Shown here piece by piece: positions 40,000 through 48,464 of a stretch of 64,000 bases of DNA. The stretch is from Abditibacterium sp. (lineage in GTDB: Bacteria; Armatimonadota; Abditibacteriia; Abditibacteriales; Abditibacteriaceae). The notes under the pieces were generated by a model. The model did no database searches. It saw only the letters and a program-made list of their open reading frames with translations, and had not been told where the DNA came from. Within the stretch, counting starts at the first letter, position 1. Each line of letters starts with the position of its first letter. Both the position numbers and the translations under genes were made by a program. Where the stretch lies: positions 1,056,001 to 1,120,000 of the forward strand of contig OZ251992.1 in NCBI GenBank assembly GCA_965246885.1, read 5' to 3'.

Positions 40000-41004
40000 A
40001 TGAAAGCTATTCTCACCGGGTTAGGGGGCCAAGGCTTGTCTTGGCTCCAAGACATTCGCAAGCGCGACGACGTGGAAGTCGTCGCTTTCGTTGAACCGTT
40101 CGAGGCGTCCATTTCGCGCGCCGTCGAGCAACACGCCGTGCCGCGCGAGCGCATCTTCCCGTCGCTCGACGAAGCCATTAAGAACGCTCAGGCCGACTTC
40201 GTTCTCGATGTCACGCCGCCCGCCGTTCACCACGAAGTCGCGCTCAAGGCTTTCGCCGCCGGATTGCACGTGTTGGGCGAAAAGCCGCTCAGCGACAACT
40301 TCGAGACCGCCAAGATGGTGGCCGCCGAGGGCCAAAAGGCGGGCGTGAAGCACATGATCACGCAGAACTACCGCTTCGGCGACCAGCCGCGCACCAGTCG
40401 CAAGGTGTTGGCTGACGGCAAGATCGGTAAGCCGGGTCAGGCCGACGTGCGCTTTTACATGCCTTGGGCCGACATGCCCGGCTCGCACTATGTCACGCAG
40501 CCGTTTATGATGATCAACGACATGATGGTTCACCACTTCGACCTCATGCGCTACGTTCTGAACGACGACCCCATCTCCGTCCAAGCCATCACGTGGAATC
40601 AGCCTTGGGGCTGGCACGCGGGCGACGCCTGCCACGTCGTCGTGTTTCGCTATGCGTCGGGTTTGGTCACAACACACACTGGTTTGGGCTGTGACGTCGG
40701 GCGTCAGACGCACTGGAACGGCGACTGGCATATCGCGGGGCCGAACGGTTCTTTGGATTGGGACGGTGGCGCTACGACCTATTCTCATCAGCACCGCACG
40801 GAAAACCCCGTCAAAAACGAGCCTATCGAACACCTGTCCGTTCCGCCCGCGCGCACGGCGATGGTGGACGAGTTCTTCGCCGCCATCAAAGAGAACCGCG
40901 AACCGGAGTGCAGCGCGCAAGACAACTTGAAAAGTCTGGCAATGGTCTTCGGCGCGATTAAATCCAGCAAAGAAGGGCGACTGGTGCAAATGAGCGAGGT
41001 GTAG
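40000..41004 (+). CDS. Gfo/Idh/MocA family oxidoreductase
   Basis: 'GLGGQG', 'HVLGEKP', 'QNYR', 'DMMVHHFD'. Confidence 0.9.
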   Translation: MKAILTGLGGQGLSWLQDIRKRDDVEVVAFVEPFEASISRAVEQHAVPRERIFPSLDEAIKNAQADFVLDVTPPAVHHEVALKAFAAGLHVLGEKPLSDNFETAKMVAAEGQKAGVKHMITQNYRFGDQPRTSRKVLADGKIGKPGQADVRFYMPWADMPGSHYVTQPFMMINDMMVHHFDLMRYVLNDDPISVQAITWNQPWGWHAGDACHVVVFRYASGLVTTHTGLGCDVGRQTHWNGDWHIAGPNGSLDWDGGATTYSHQHRTENPVKNEPIEHLSVPPARTAMVDEFFAAIKENREPECSAQDNLKSLAMVFGAIKSSKEGRLVQMSEV

Positions 41005-41020
41005 TTCTCGCACCGCATCC

Positions 41021-41046
41021 GTAGGGGCAACCCACGTGGTTGCCCC
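41021..41046. repeat. Single GTAG-type REP
   Basis: GTAGGGGCAACCCACGTGGTTGCCCC. Confidence 0.7.
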
Positions 41047-41062
41047 CGCGATAGTCGCCCTC

Positions 41063-41650
41063 ATGTCCCTGCAAACCCTCCTCGCCGAGCTGTCGCCCCT
41101 TGAAATTGCGGCGGCGGGAGCGTCTATGGCGGGCGTGGTGCTGACGGCGCGGCAGAAAATCGTCAACTTCCCGGTCAACATCGCCGCGAGCGTCTTGTAT
41201 GGCGTGGTGTTTTGGCGGGGCGGGTTGCTGTCGAGCGCAGGCTTGCAACTGTTCTTCGTTGGCATCGCGTTGTGGGATTGGCGGCAGTGGGCGGCAGGCG
41301 AGCAAGGCGGAGAACTGCGCGTGCGCCGCACGCCGCTTCGAGTGTGGGCGGCGCTATTGCTCGTGTGTGCGCTCGGAACGGGGGTGCAAGGCTGCTTACT
41401 CTTGCGCTTCACGCCTGCGGCGGCGGTATGGTCGGACGCGGCTTTGTCATGGGCGAGCATGGGCGCGCAGTGGATGGTGGGGCGTAAATTCGTCGAAAAC
41501 TGGGCAGTGTGGATTGTCGTGGACGCCATTTACATCTGGTTTTATTGGACGCAACGCTTGCCCATGACGAGCGCGCTTTATGCCCTGTTTTGCGCGCTTG
41601 CGGTATGGGGTTGGCTGGAATGGCGCCGCTCCGGGCAGGCGACAGCATGA
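41063..41650 (+). CDS. pnuC: Nicotinamide riboside transporter PnuC family
   Basis: Multi-TM; 'AQWMVGRKFVENWAVWIVVD'. Confidence 0.88.
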   Translation: MSLQTLLAELSPLEIAAAGASMAGVVLTARQKIVNFPVNIAASVLYGVVFWRGGLLSSAGLQLFFVGIALWDWRQWAAGEQGGELRVRRTPLRVWAALLLVCALGTGVQGCLLLRFTPAAAVWSDAALSWASMGAQWMVGRKFVENWAVWIVVDAIYIWFYWTQRLPMTSALYALFCALAVWGWLEWRRSGQATA

Positions 41651-42171
41651 AGCGCATTGTCATAACCGGCGCCGAATCAACGGGCAAAACCACCCTCGCC
41701 CGTGAACTCGCCGCCCAGTTGGGCACCGTATGGGCGCCCGAAATGGCGCGGCATTATCTGGATGCCAAGGGACAATTAAGCGCGGACGACGTGTTGCCCA
41801 TCGCCTACGCCGCGCGCGCCATTGAACTCTGGCTCGAACCGGGCGCTCGCGAGTGGCTCATCTGCGACACCGACGCGCTTTCGACCATCGTTTACGCGAG
41901 GGAATACTACGGCGTCGCGCATCCCGAACTGGAGCGCCTGCTCCGCGAACGGCCCGCGATGCTGTATCTGCTCCTCGACACCGACGTTCAATGGACGCCC
42001 GACGAACGAGCAGGACAGCGACAGGGCGCCCAGTCCCGCGCCCGCTTCCACGAACTTTTCCGCGCCGAACTTGAAGCGCGCCGCTTGCCCTTTGAACTCA
42101 TCTCCGCGAACGGCGACTATGCGAAGCGTCTGGAATTGGCGTTTCGTTTGACCGCCGATGCACGCCGATAG
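41647..42171 (+). CDS. NadR-type ribosylnicotinamide kinase domain (AAA_28)
   Basis: 'ITGAESTGKTTL', 'PE-AR-Y', 'ICDTD'; ATGA-coupled to pnuC. Confidence 0.85.
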   Translation: MKRIVITGAESTGKTTLARELAAQLGTVWAPEMARHYLDAKGQLSADDVLPIAYAARAIELWLEPGAREWLICDTDALSTIVYAREYYGVAHPELERLLRERPAMLYLLLDTDVQWTPDERAGQRQGAQSRARFHELFRAELEARRLPFELISANGDYAKRLELAFRLTADARR

Positions 42172-42229
42172 GCGCCGATAAGAATCCAAGGAAAACATCG
42201 GCGTCTTTCCGCGTCCATCTGCGGTTAAA
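42147..42229. repeat. Palindromic repeat, ACCGCAGATGGAC family (decayed)
   Basis: TTTGACCGCCGATGCACGCCGAT...CCGCGTCCATCTGCGGTTAAA; core shared in inverted orientation with 57396-57469. Confidence 0.7.
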
Positions 42230-42237
42230 TGAATGGT

Positions 42238-43413
42238 ATGAAACATCGCAATCTCGCAGAAGCCACCGTCGCCGCTTTGGACGCCATTTTCCACAAGGGC
42301 GAAGTCGCCGCGCAGGTCGTCGAGCGCACAGTCGGCGCGCAAGTGAAGTGGGGCAAGCGCGACCGCAACCAGTTTGTCGAGGCGGTTTATGAAGTTGTGC
42401 GCTGGCGGCGCCTACTGGAATGGACGGCAGGACGCGCTGATTCGTGGGCGCTGTTAGGCGCGTTCTTGACGCGGCGCGGCGAACAGTTGGCGCAGTGGCC
42501 GGAATGGGCGACACTTGATACTGAAGCGATGCGCGCACGGTTTCAGTCGCCGGATTTGCCGCGCGCACTGCGGGAATCCATACCCGAATGGCTCGACGAC
42601 TACGGCGCCGCGCAACTCGGCGCGCGCTGGGACGCGGATCTATCGGCCTTGAACAAAGAAGCGCCCGTCATTCTTCGCGCTAACACGCTCTTGAGTTCGC
42701 GCGACGAAGTGCGGCGCGAATTGGCGCGGCAGAACATCGAATCCTCTCCCGTCGAAGAGTTGCCTGATGCGCTGCAACTGGTGGGGCGGCCCAAGCTGTC
42801 TTCGCTCGAATTGTTCCGGCGCGGCGCGTTCGAGGTGCAAGACGCCGCTTCTCAACTCGTCGCGCCGTTTTTGGAAGTCGCGCCGGGACACAACGTCGTG
42901 GACGCTTGCGCCGGGGCGGGCGGCAAAACGCTGCATTTCGCGGCGCTCCTCCACAACGACGGCAAGCTGCTCGCGCTCGATGTCTCGCAAGGCAAGTTGG
43001 ACGAATTAGAACGCCGCGCCCGCCGCGCGTCCGCCCACGTCGTCGCGCGCCGCCCCGATAAAAAGTTGCTGCGCGACTCGCGCGCTTTTGCCGACCGCTT
43101 GCTCCTCGATATGCCCTGTTCAGGGAGTGGCACCCTGCGCCGCCAACCCGACTTAAAATGGCGCCTCAGCCCCGATTTCCTCGCGCAGTTGGCCGAAACG
43201 CGCCGCCAAATCTTGCTGGCTTACACGCCCCTGCTGCGTCCCGGTGGCAAGCTGGTCTACGCGACCTGCTCCGTCTTCCCCGACGAAAACGAGTGCGCCG
43301 TCGCCGCCTTTCTCGCCGATAACCCCGCCTTTGAACTCGAAGCCGAGCGCACCATTTCCCCCGCCCAGACCGGCTACGACGGCTTTTACATGGCGCGACT
43401 GGCGAAGAAATAA
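42238..43413 (+). CDS. RsmB/NOP family RNA m5C methyltransferase
   Basis: 'EVQDAASQ', 'DACAGAGGK', 'DMPCSGSG', 'VYATCS', 'DGFY'. Confidence 0.9.
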   Translation: MKHRNLAEATVAALDAIFHKGEVAAQVVERTVGAQVKWGKRDRNQFVEAVYEVVRWRRLLEWTAGRADSWALLGAFLTRRGEQLAQWPEWATLDTEAMRARFQSPDLPRALRESIPEWLDDYGAAQLGARWDADLSALNKEAPVILRANTLLSSRDEVRRELARQNIESSPVEELPDALQLVGRPKLSSLELFRRGAFEVQDAASQLVAPFLEVAPGHNVVDACAGAGGKTLHFAALLHNDGKLLALDVSQGKLDELERRARRASAHVVARRPDKKLLRDSRAFADRLLLDMPCSGSGTLRRQPDLKWRLSPDFLAQLAETRRQILLAYTPLLRPGGKLVYATCSVFPDENECAVAAFLADNPAFELEAERTISPAQTGYDGFYMARLAKK

Positions 43414-43437
43414 ACTAAGGGGTAACTCTCCCACACC

Positions 43438-43734
43438 ATGAAACTCCCTCTTCTCCTCCTCTCCCTCCTCGCGGGCGCGCTATTAGGTTGGCTCAGCATC
43501 GTGGGCGGCATTTGGTTTTTGATGCCCGTCTTCTTAATCTGCGCGGGCATCGTCGCCATCAAGCTCGACGCCGCTTCGCGCTGGCGCATCGCGGCGTTTG
43601 GCGTCGGTTTGCTCGTGGTGTTCGCGCTGCAAGCGAACCAGTTCATCCAAACCATCACGCAAACTCACCGCGAACTCAAAGATCACAAAGTCACCATCAG
43701 CCCGCAGTTCAAGACGCCGCCGCGCGCGTTCTAA
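43438..43734 (+). CDS. Small membrane protein
   Basis: 98 aa with three hydrophobic segments. Confidence 0.65.
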   Translation: MKLPLLLLSLLAGALLGWLSIVGGIWFLMPVFLICAGIVAIKLDAASRWRIAAFGVGLLVVFALQANQFIQTITQTHRELKDHKVTISPQFKTPPRAF

Positions 43735-43737
43735 GGC
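43698..43737 (+). repeat. 40-bp direct repeat, left copy
   Basis: CAGCCCGCAGTTCAAGACGCCGCCGCGCGCGTTCTAAGGC; matches 45494-45533 with one mismatch. Confidence 0.9.
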
Positions 43738-43912
43738 ACAAAACAGCCCCCCGCACCTTGTTTTCGCTTCGCTCGCCTTTGCCTAATGTAGTGATGGAGG
43801 CCCGCAAAGGAGATTGGTCGCAGCGGAAACAAATGACGGACATTAAGTTCTAAGCTGTAGTCGGCTTCGAGATGAAACAAGCTTGTTGCGCCGACGACGG
43901 AGTACAAACCAA

Positions 43913-45436
43913 ATGAACTACTTCCGCAAACACAATACCCGCACACCTCTTCTCGCCGTCGCGTTGATGGCTTCGCTGTGCGCATCGGCTACGCCGCCTG
44001 CGTCCGCGCAATTCGTCGCTCCTTATGGCAGTGGCTACCAAGGCGCAGATGGGATGCAATACAACTCCATGCAAGGTGCGACTATGAGCGTGATGCTGCA
44101 AGGAATGCAGAACATGAGCATGATGCGCTCTTCGATGTATTCGAGCATGAGAAGTTACCACTCGCGCCGCACGCTTTCGGGCGAAGAGTTGCAAGCGCGT
44201 CGCGGTCAGCGCCTGATCAAAGCAGGGCGCGCAACACTTAAATTTCCCATGCGCGCGTGGCCTTCCAATTATTGGATGGCGAACACGCGCGTGAATACAA
44301 GCGTGCCCGCCGCACAAGACCGGCGCACGCGTAGTTCGGGGATGCAGTTGCAGCGCGCCGAGTTCGCTCGTCAAGTCAAAGTGCACGGCGCGCAGTGGGG
44401 CGATATGGCCGACATGATGGCCATTGCAACTGTAATTGCCGTCGAATCTTATACCGGTCGCAAAGTTAACAATGCCGGATTTCGCGCGCAATCGGCGATT
44501 TGGCGCCGCGCGTGGCTCAAAGACGCTTATTTTCAAGGCCGCACCGTTGCCGACAAGCAAAAGTTTTATGAAGGCCAGATTTTACTCGGCGGCACCTATC
44601 CTTGGTGGCTACGCAACGTCAAAGGCGATAGGGCCAACGCCAAAAAACACGCCGCGCGCTTCTTCGATGAGTGGTATAAAGACAAAACTCCCGGCCTTTT
44701 GCGCGACTATGTCAAATATCTGACTGGCAACGGTAGTGATGTACGACTCGCCAGTGCGCCGGTGCCTGCGGGCACTTCCACTGCGACTATCGTTACCGAT
44801 GATACGCCCGATGCGCCGCAAATGACCATCGCACAAGCCAGCGCGTTTGTGCAATACGAACCGGTCGCGCCCAGCGTGTTACCCACGTTGCTCATCGCTC
44901 GATCAAACCGAACCGACCGCCAAAAATCGCTCCAGTTATACGAGGACATAGTTAAAGCGGGCCGCGAAAACTTCCAAAAGCTGTTCGTTTCCGCCAACCA
45001 TCGCCGCGAAGATGTCGCCGACGGTCTAACCTTCGCTTTGATGACGTTCTACTAATTTGAAGCGTCAGCCGCGACGCCCATCGCGGGTCTAACCTTCGCT
45101 TTGATGACGTTCTACACCGCTTATAAAACCGATTCAGGCAACATCTCCGAAGCCGGATTCACGCCGGAAAAGCTGCGGGGCTTGACCCGGCAAATAACGC
45201 TGATGCTGGCTGGTAACCCCAAGTTTCGCGCGCAAAACGCCAGACAAAAACAAACTTTGTTCGAGGGAGCGCTGATGATGGCCATGATTGTCGGGCACCT
45301 CAACGGCCAAGCCCAAAAAACTGGCGACGCCAAACTGCGCACGCAAGCCAAACAATCCGCCCGCAAAGCCTTCAGCTTTATCGTCGGCAAAATGCCCGAT
45401 CAAGTACGACTTTCTGATAATGGTCTCGTGTTTTAA
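43913..45436 (+). pseudogene. Secreted two-domain helical protein (DUF6683-like) interrupted by a 63-bp insertion that introduces TAA at 45053
   Basis: Signal peptide; two related domains ('DMADMMAIA...DKQKFYEG' and 'DVADGLTFA...QKQTLFEG'); the ORFs ending at 45055 and 45436 share a frame. Confidence 0.8.
45023..45115 (+). repeat. Two exact 30-bp direct repeats separated by a unique 33-bp insert
   Basis: GGTCTAACCTTCGCTTTGATGACGTTCTAC at 45023-45052 and 45086-45115. Confidence 0.92.
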
Positions 45437-45493
45437 GCGGCTCCCGTGAGCGCCTGCAAATAAACGATAAAGATCGGAGCGGGCCGCTTCGTG

Positions 45494-45533
45494 CAGCCCG
45501 CAGTTCAAGACGCCGCCCCGCGCGTTCTAAGGC
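45494..45533 (+). repeat. 40-bp direct repeat, right copy
   Basis: CAGCCCGCAGTTCAAGACGCCGCCCCGCGCGTTCTAAGGC. Confidence 0.9.
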
Positions 45534-45655
45534 GTACAGAGTTCAAGCCGTTCTGAAAATATCCCAAGCCAATGGCGAGGATAGTGTCATGCTTGCCGCG
45601 TTGCACCGGGAAAACCCTTGATTTTGGGGTGAACCGGCAGCTATTAGGGCTAACC

Positions 45656-46867
45656 ATGAACATCGGAACCAAGAAATTATTTGATACCTTCCTTTTCGCG
45701 CGGGCGGGTGCCACAACCGCCAAGAAAGACCCGCCCGTTTTCCCCTTGGTCATCGGGCAACAGGTAGAATTGTCCGCAAGCGCCGTGAGCGCGCGCGAAC
45801 TCATCGAGCGGCTGTGCTTTGAACGCTTTCATGGCGTGGTCTACTTTCAGGGCGAGGACGAGCGCGGCTTATTATTGGGCGTGGGTCTAATCGAAGGCGA
45901 CACAGTCACCAACGCCCTGTTTTCGGCGGGGCCGACGCAGTGGGTGGGCGCGGCGGCTTGGACGTTGCTGTGCGCGTCGGATGTGCCCTCGCAGTGCTTG
46001 GCGCTTCGCGTTGAAACCGGCCTCCTCCAAGCCTACAGCGCCCTGCTGTGCCAAACGCCCGCGACTTCCACGTCCGCCGACGCGCGCCGCCTCAAGGCCG
46101 CCGCCCTTACCATGCGCGACAAACGCGCGACCGGCGCCCTGCGCGTGAGTGCGCCCGACCAAACCCTGCTCCAGTTCTTCCACCGGGGCGAGTCGCTGGG
46201 CATTTACACCGTTGACGCCGACGGGCAACTGCTGCGCCGGGCCGAAGGCTTTGAAAGCGCGCCCCTTCCCAACCGTGCCAAGTTGGAAGTCTGGACGCGC
46301 GAGGCCCAATCGCTTTATCATTGCCTTAGCCCGTTTGACAGTCAGCGCACGGGCGTTCTGGCGTGCTTTCTCGATACCGCCTACGCGCTGGGCGCCAACC
46401 TCATGCCACCCGATGCGGTGCGCGCCAACTGGTGCGAAGCCGTCGCGGGCGTGACGCGCGACTTTCCTTGGCTGTCCGAGTTGGGCGAGCCGCGCCTTTT
46501 GGAAGCAACCCCGGCGCGGCGATTGGCAACCTTTCAACGCGCCTTCCGCGATGTGCGCGAAAAACCGGCGGATGTCGCGCGAAGCGCCGGGGCCGTTGTG
46601 GACGCCTTTCTGCTCCCGTTGGCGCGCGGAATCGGCGAGGAACTGTTCGCCGCGCAGTCGCTCCGTGCCCTGTCGCCCGCCGACCAACAGGCGCTCCGGG
46701 AAATGAACGTCGCCTCGCGTTGGCTGCGCGCCGATGCGGACATCGTCCCCGACGCTACCCCCGATGGCGCCGCAACAACCGACCGCGTTCTGAGTGCCGT
46801 TTCCGGCGTCCGCAATTCCAAAGCGACCCGCCGCGTCCGCTCCGACGTTTCCGGCTTCGACTTTTAA
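45656..46867 (+). CDS. Hypothetical protein (possible duplicated DUF4388/PATAN-like domains)
   Basis: 'L...FHGVVYF' and 'M..KRATGALRV...FFHRG' patterns; host-like codon usage. Confidence 0.65.
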   Translation: MNIGTKKLFDTFLFARAGATTAKKDPPVFPLVIGQQVELSASAVSARELIERLCFERFHGVVYFQGEDERGLLLGVGLIEGDTVTNALFSAGPTQWVGAAAWTLLCASDVPSQCLALRVETGLLQAYSALLCQTPATSTSADARRLKAAALTMRDKRATGALRVSAPDQTLLQFFHRGESLGIYTVDADGQLLRRAEGFESAPLPNRAKLEVWTREAQSLYHCLSPFDSQRTGVLACFLDTAYALGANLMPPDAVRANWCEAVAGVTRDFPWLSELGEPRLLEATPARRLATFQRAFRDVREKPADVARSAGAVVDAFLLPLARGIGEELFAAQSLRALSPADQQALREMNVASRWLRADADIVPDATPDGAATTDRVLSAVSGVRNSKATRRVRSDVSGFDF

Positions 46868-46885
46868 CCCATCACCTTTTCCATC

Positions 46886-47752
46886 ATGCCTGCCACCATC
46901 TTAGATTCCCGCTTTATCGCGGCCCAAAAGCGCGACGAACTCGTGCCGCACCTCGAAACTTTCAAGGCCCACATCGGCTACGCGCCCGGTTTGGTCTTGC
47001 TTTGCATCGGCGACGACCCCGCGACCTTCGATTACATCCGCATCGCCGCCGCCCAAGCGCGCCGCGTTGGGATTCGCGCCGTCGGCCACGTCCTCAGCGA
47101 CAAGCTCTCCCTCGAAGAGATCGCCGAGCATATCGAATCGCTCAACGCCGACCCGAAAATCCACGCCGTCGCCCTGCAAACGCCGCTCCCGCCGCACCTG
47201 CACGTCGGCGAAGTCTCGTCCTTCATCCATCCCGACAAGGATGTCGAAGGCTACCACCCGATGAACGCGGGCTACATCCGCCGCAACTCGCCGCGCCTGA
47301 TTCCCACTCCCGCTTTGGGCGCCTTGCAACTGCTCGACGCTTACGGCATTGACCCATCCGGCATGCAAACCGTCATCGTCGGGCGCAACGCCATCATCGG
47401 CAAACCGCTTTCCACGCTCCTCATGGACGTGGACGCGACGGTTATGGTCGCGCATCGCGGCACCGCGAACCTGCAAAGTCTGATTTCCAACGCCGATTTG
47501 CTGATTTTAGGCGCCGCCGTTGACGGGGGATTGCCCGCCAGTTCGCTTAAACCGGGCGTGGTCATTCTCGATTTCGGCATGACCTACGTCGCCGACGGCG
47601 AAGCCGACAAATTGGTGGGCAACGTGGACTTCGACGAAGCCGTCCAAGTCGCCGGAGCCATCACCCCCATGCCCGGCGGCACCGGCCCCATGACCACCAT
47701 CTCGCTCCTCCAAAACACCCTCAAAGCCGCCCTGCTCCAAACCGGAAAGTAA
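46886..47752 (+). CDS. folD: Methylenetetrahydrofolate dehydrogenase/cyclohydrolase family (divergent)
   Basis: 'LNADPKIH...LQTPLP', 'KDVEG', 'GR..IIGKP', 'ITPMPGGTGPMT'. Confidence 0.88.
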   Translation: MPATILDSRFIAAQKRDELVPHLETFKAHIGYAPGLVLLCIGDDPATFDYIRIAAAQARRVGIRAVGHVLSDKLSLEEIAEHIESLNADPKIHAVALQTPLPPHLHVGEVSSFIHPDKDVEGYHPMNAGYIRRNSPRLIPTPALGALQLLDAYGIDPSGMQTVIVGRNAIIGKPLSTLLMDVDATVMVAHRGTANLQSLISNADLLILGAAVDGGLPASSLKPGVVILDFGMTYVADGEADKLVGNVDFDEAVQVAGAITPMPGGTGPMTTISLLQNTLKAALLQTGK

Positions 47753-47945
47753 TTCCTCTACCTATCTCCCCGGAAGAACGAGGTAACTCTTCCGGGGAAA
47801 TAGGTAAATCTTCCGGAGAAATAGGTAATCTTCCCCCGATTTACCTATTTCCCTGACCAAAACAGGTAAATCAACGAAAGAAAGAGGTATTTCTCCCGGA
47901 GAAATACCTCTTTCTTTCGCTCGTGGAGGTAATTCCCCGCGCCGC
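47753..47945. repeat. 21-bp repeat cluster with a perfect 45-bp palindrome (47875-47919)
   Basis: GAGGTAACTCTTCCGGGGAAA / TAGGTAAATCTTCCGGAGAAA; CGAAAGAAAGAGGTATTTCTCC-C-GGAGAAATACCTCTTTCTTTCG. Confidence 0.85.
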
Positions 47946-48044
47946 CGCCCTCCGCCAACGCGCCGCCGACGAAACTAATCTGCCCAATTCCTCCTCATAC
48001 TAACCCCACGCCAACAGGCGAACAATGGACGAGAACCAAACGCC

Positions 48045-48242
48045 ATGAAAGAAGCACTTTTCGCGGGCCAAGGGCCGCTGACTGAGGACGAAGCCAAAGC
48101 CGAAATTGACCGTTTGGCGCGAGAAATCGCCGGAATGTTGGAGCGCGCCAAGCGTAACTCCGAATAAGCGAACCGCATGGGCCAACAAAACCGCGCCAAA
48201 CTCGCTGAGATGGAGAAGATTCTGGCGTGCTGGAACGATTAA
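48045..48242 (+). pseudogene. Small coiled-coil gene ('KAEIDRL' family) with an internal TAA at 48165-48167
   Basis: [64 protein letters not shown] aligns with 55031-55231. Confidence 0.65.
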
Positions 48243-48439
48243 TCGGCTGGTTCCGCTTTGGGTGGGACGCGGGCAAAACTCTGGAATCGCACGGTGAGTT
48301 CCTTGAGGAACTTCGGGAAAGCGACAAAGACACTCTCGCCGCAATGCAAGTCCTCGCCGTCCAGAACCAGCAGTTGCGCGACGAACTGCGCCACGAGCGC
48401 GAGCTTCGGCAAAGTGTCACCGCGCTTGCGCGCGGCTAA
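48227..48439 (+). CDS. Small coiled-coil protein ('MLERL...WDAG' family), shorter than its paralog
   Basis: Similar to 55212-55538 and overlaps its upstream partner in the same way. Confidence 0.65.
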   Translation: MLERLIGWFRFGWDAGKTLESHGEFLEELRESDKDTLAAMQVLAVQNQQLRDELRHERELRQSVTALARG

Positions 48440-48464
48440 ATTTTGTGGGATACATAAAGGCCGT

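Noticed and set aside
41005..41062. Riboswitch upstream of pnuC
   Set aside because: The gap is under 60 nt and is occupied by a GTAG REP hairpin.
45023..45115. Bona fide CRISPR array
   Set aside because: Only two repeats, the repeat is coding sequence of the host gene, and there is no leader or cas gene in the window. Reported instead as a possible ectopic integration.
47753..47945. CRISPR array or plasmid iterons
   Set aside because: Units are contiguous 21-mers in mixed orientation with no unique spacers, and no rep or cas gene is present.
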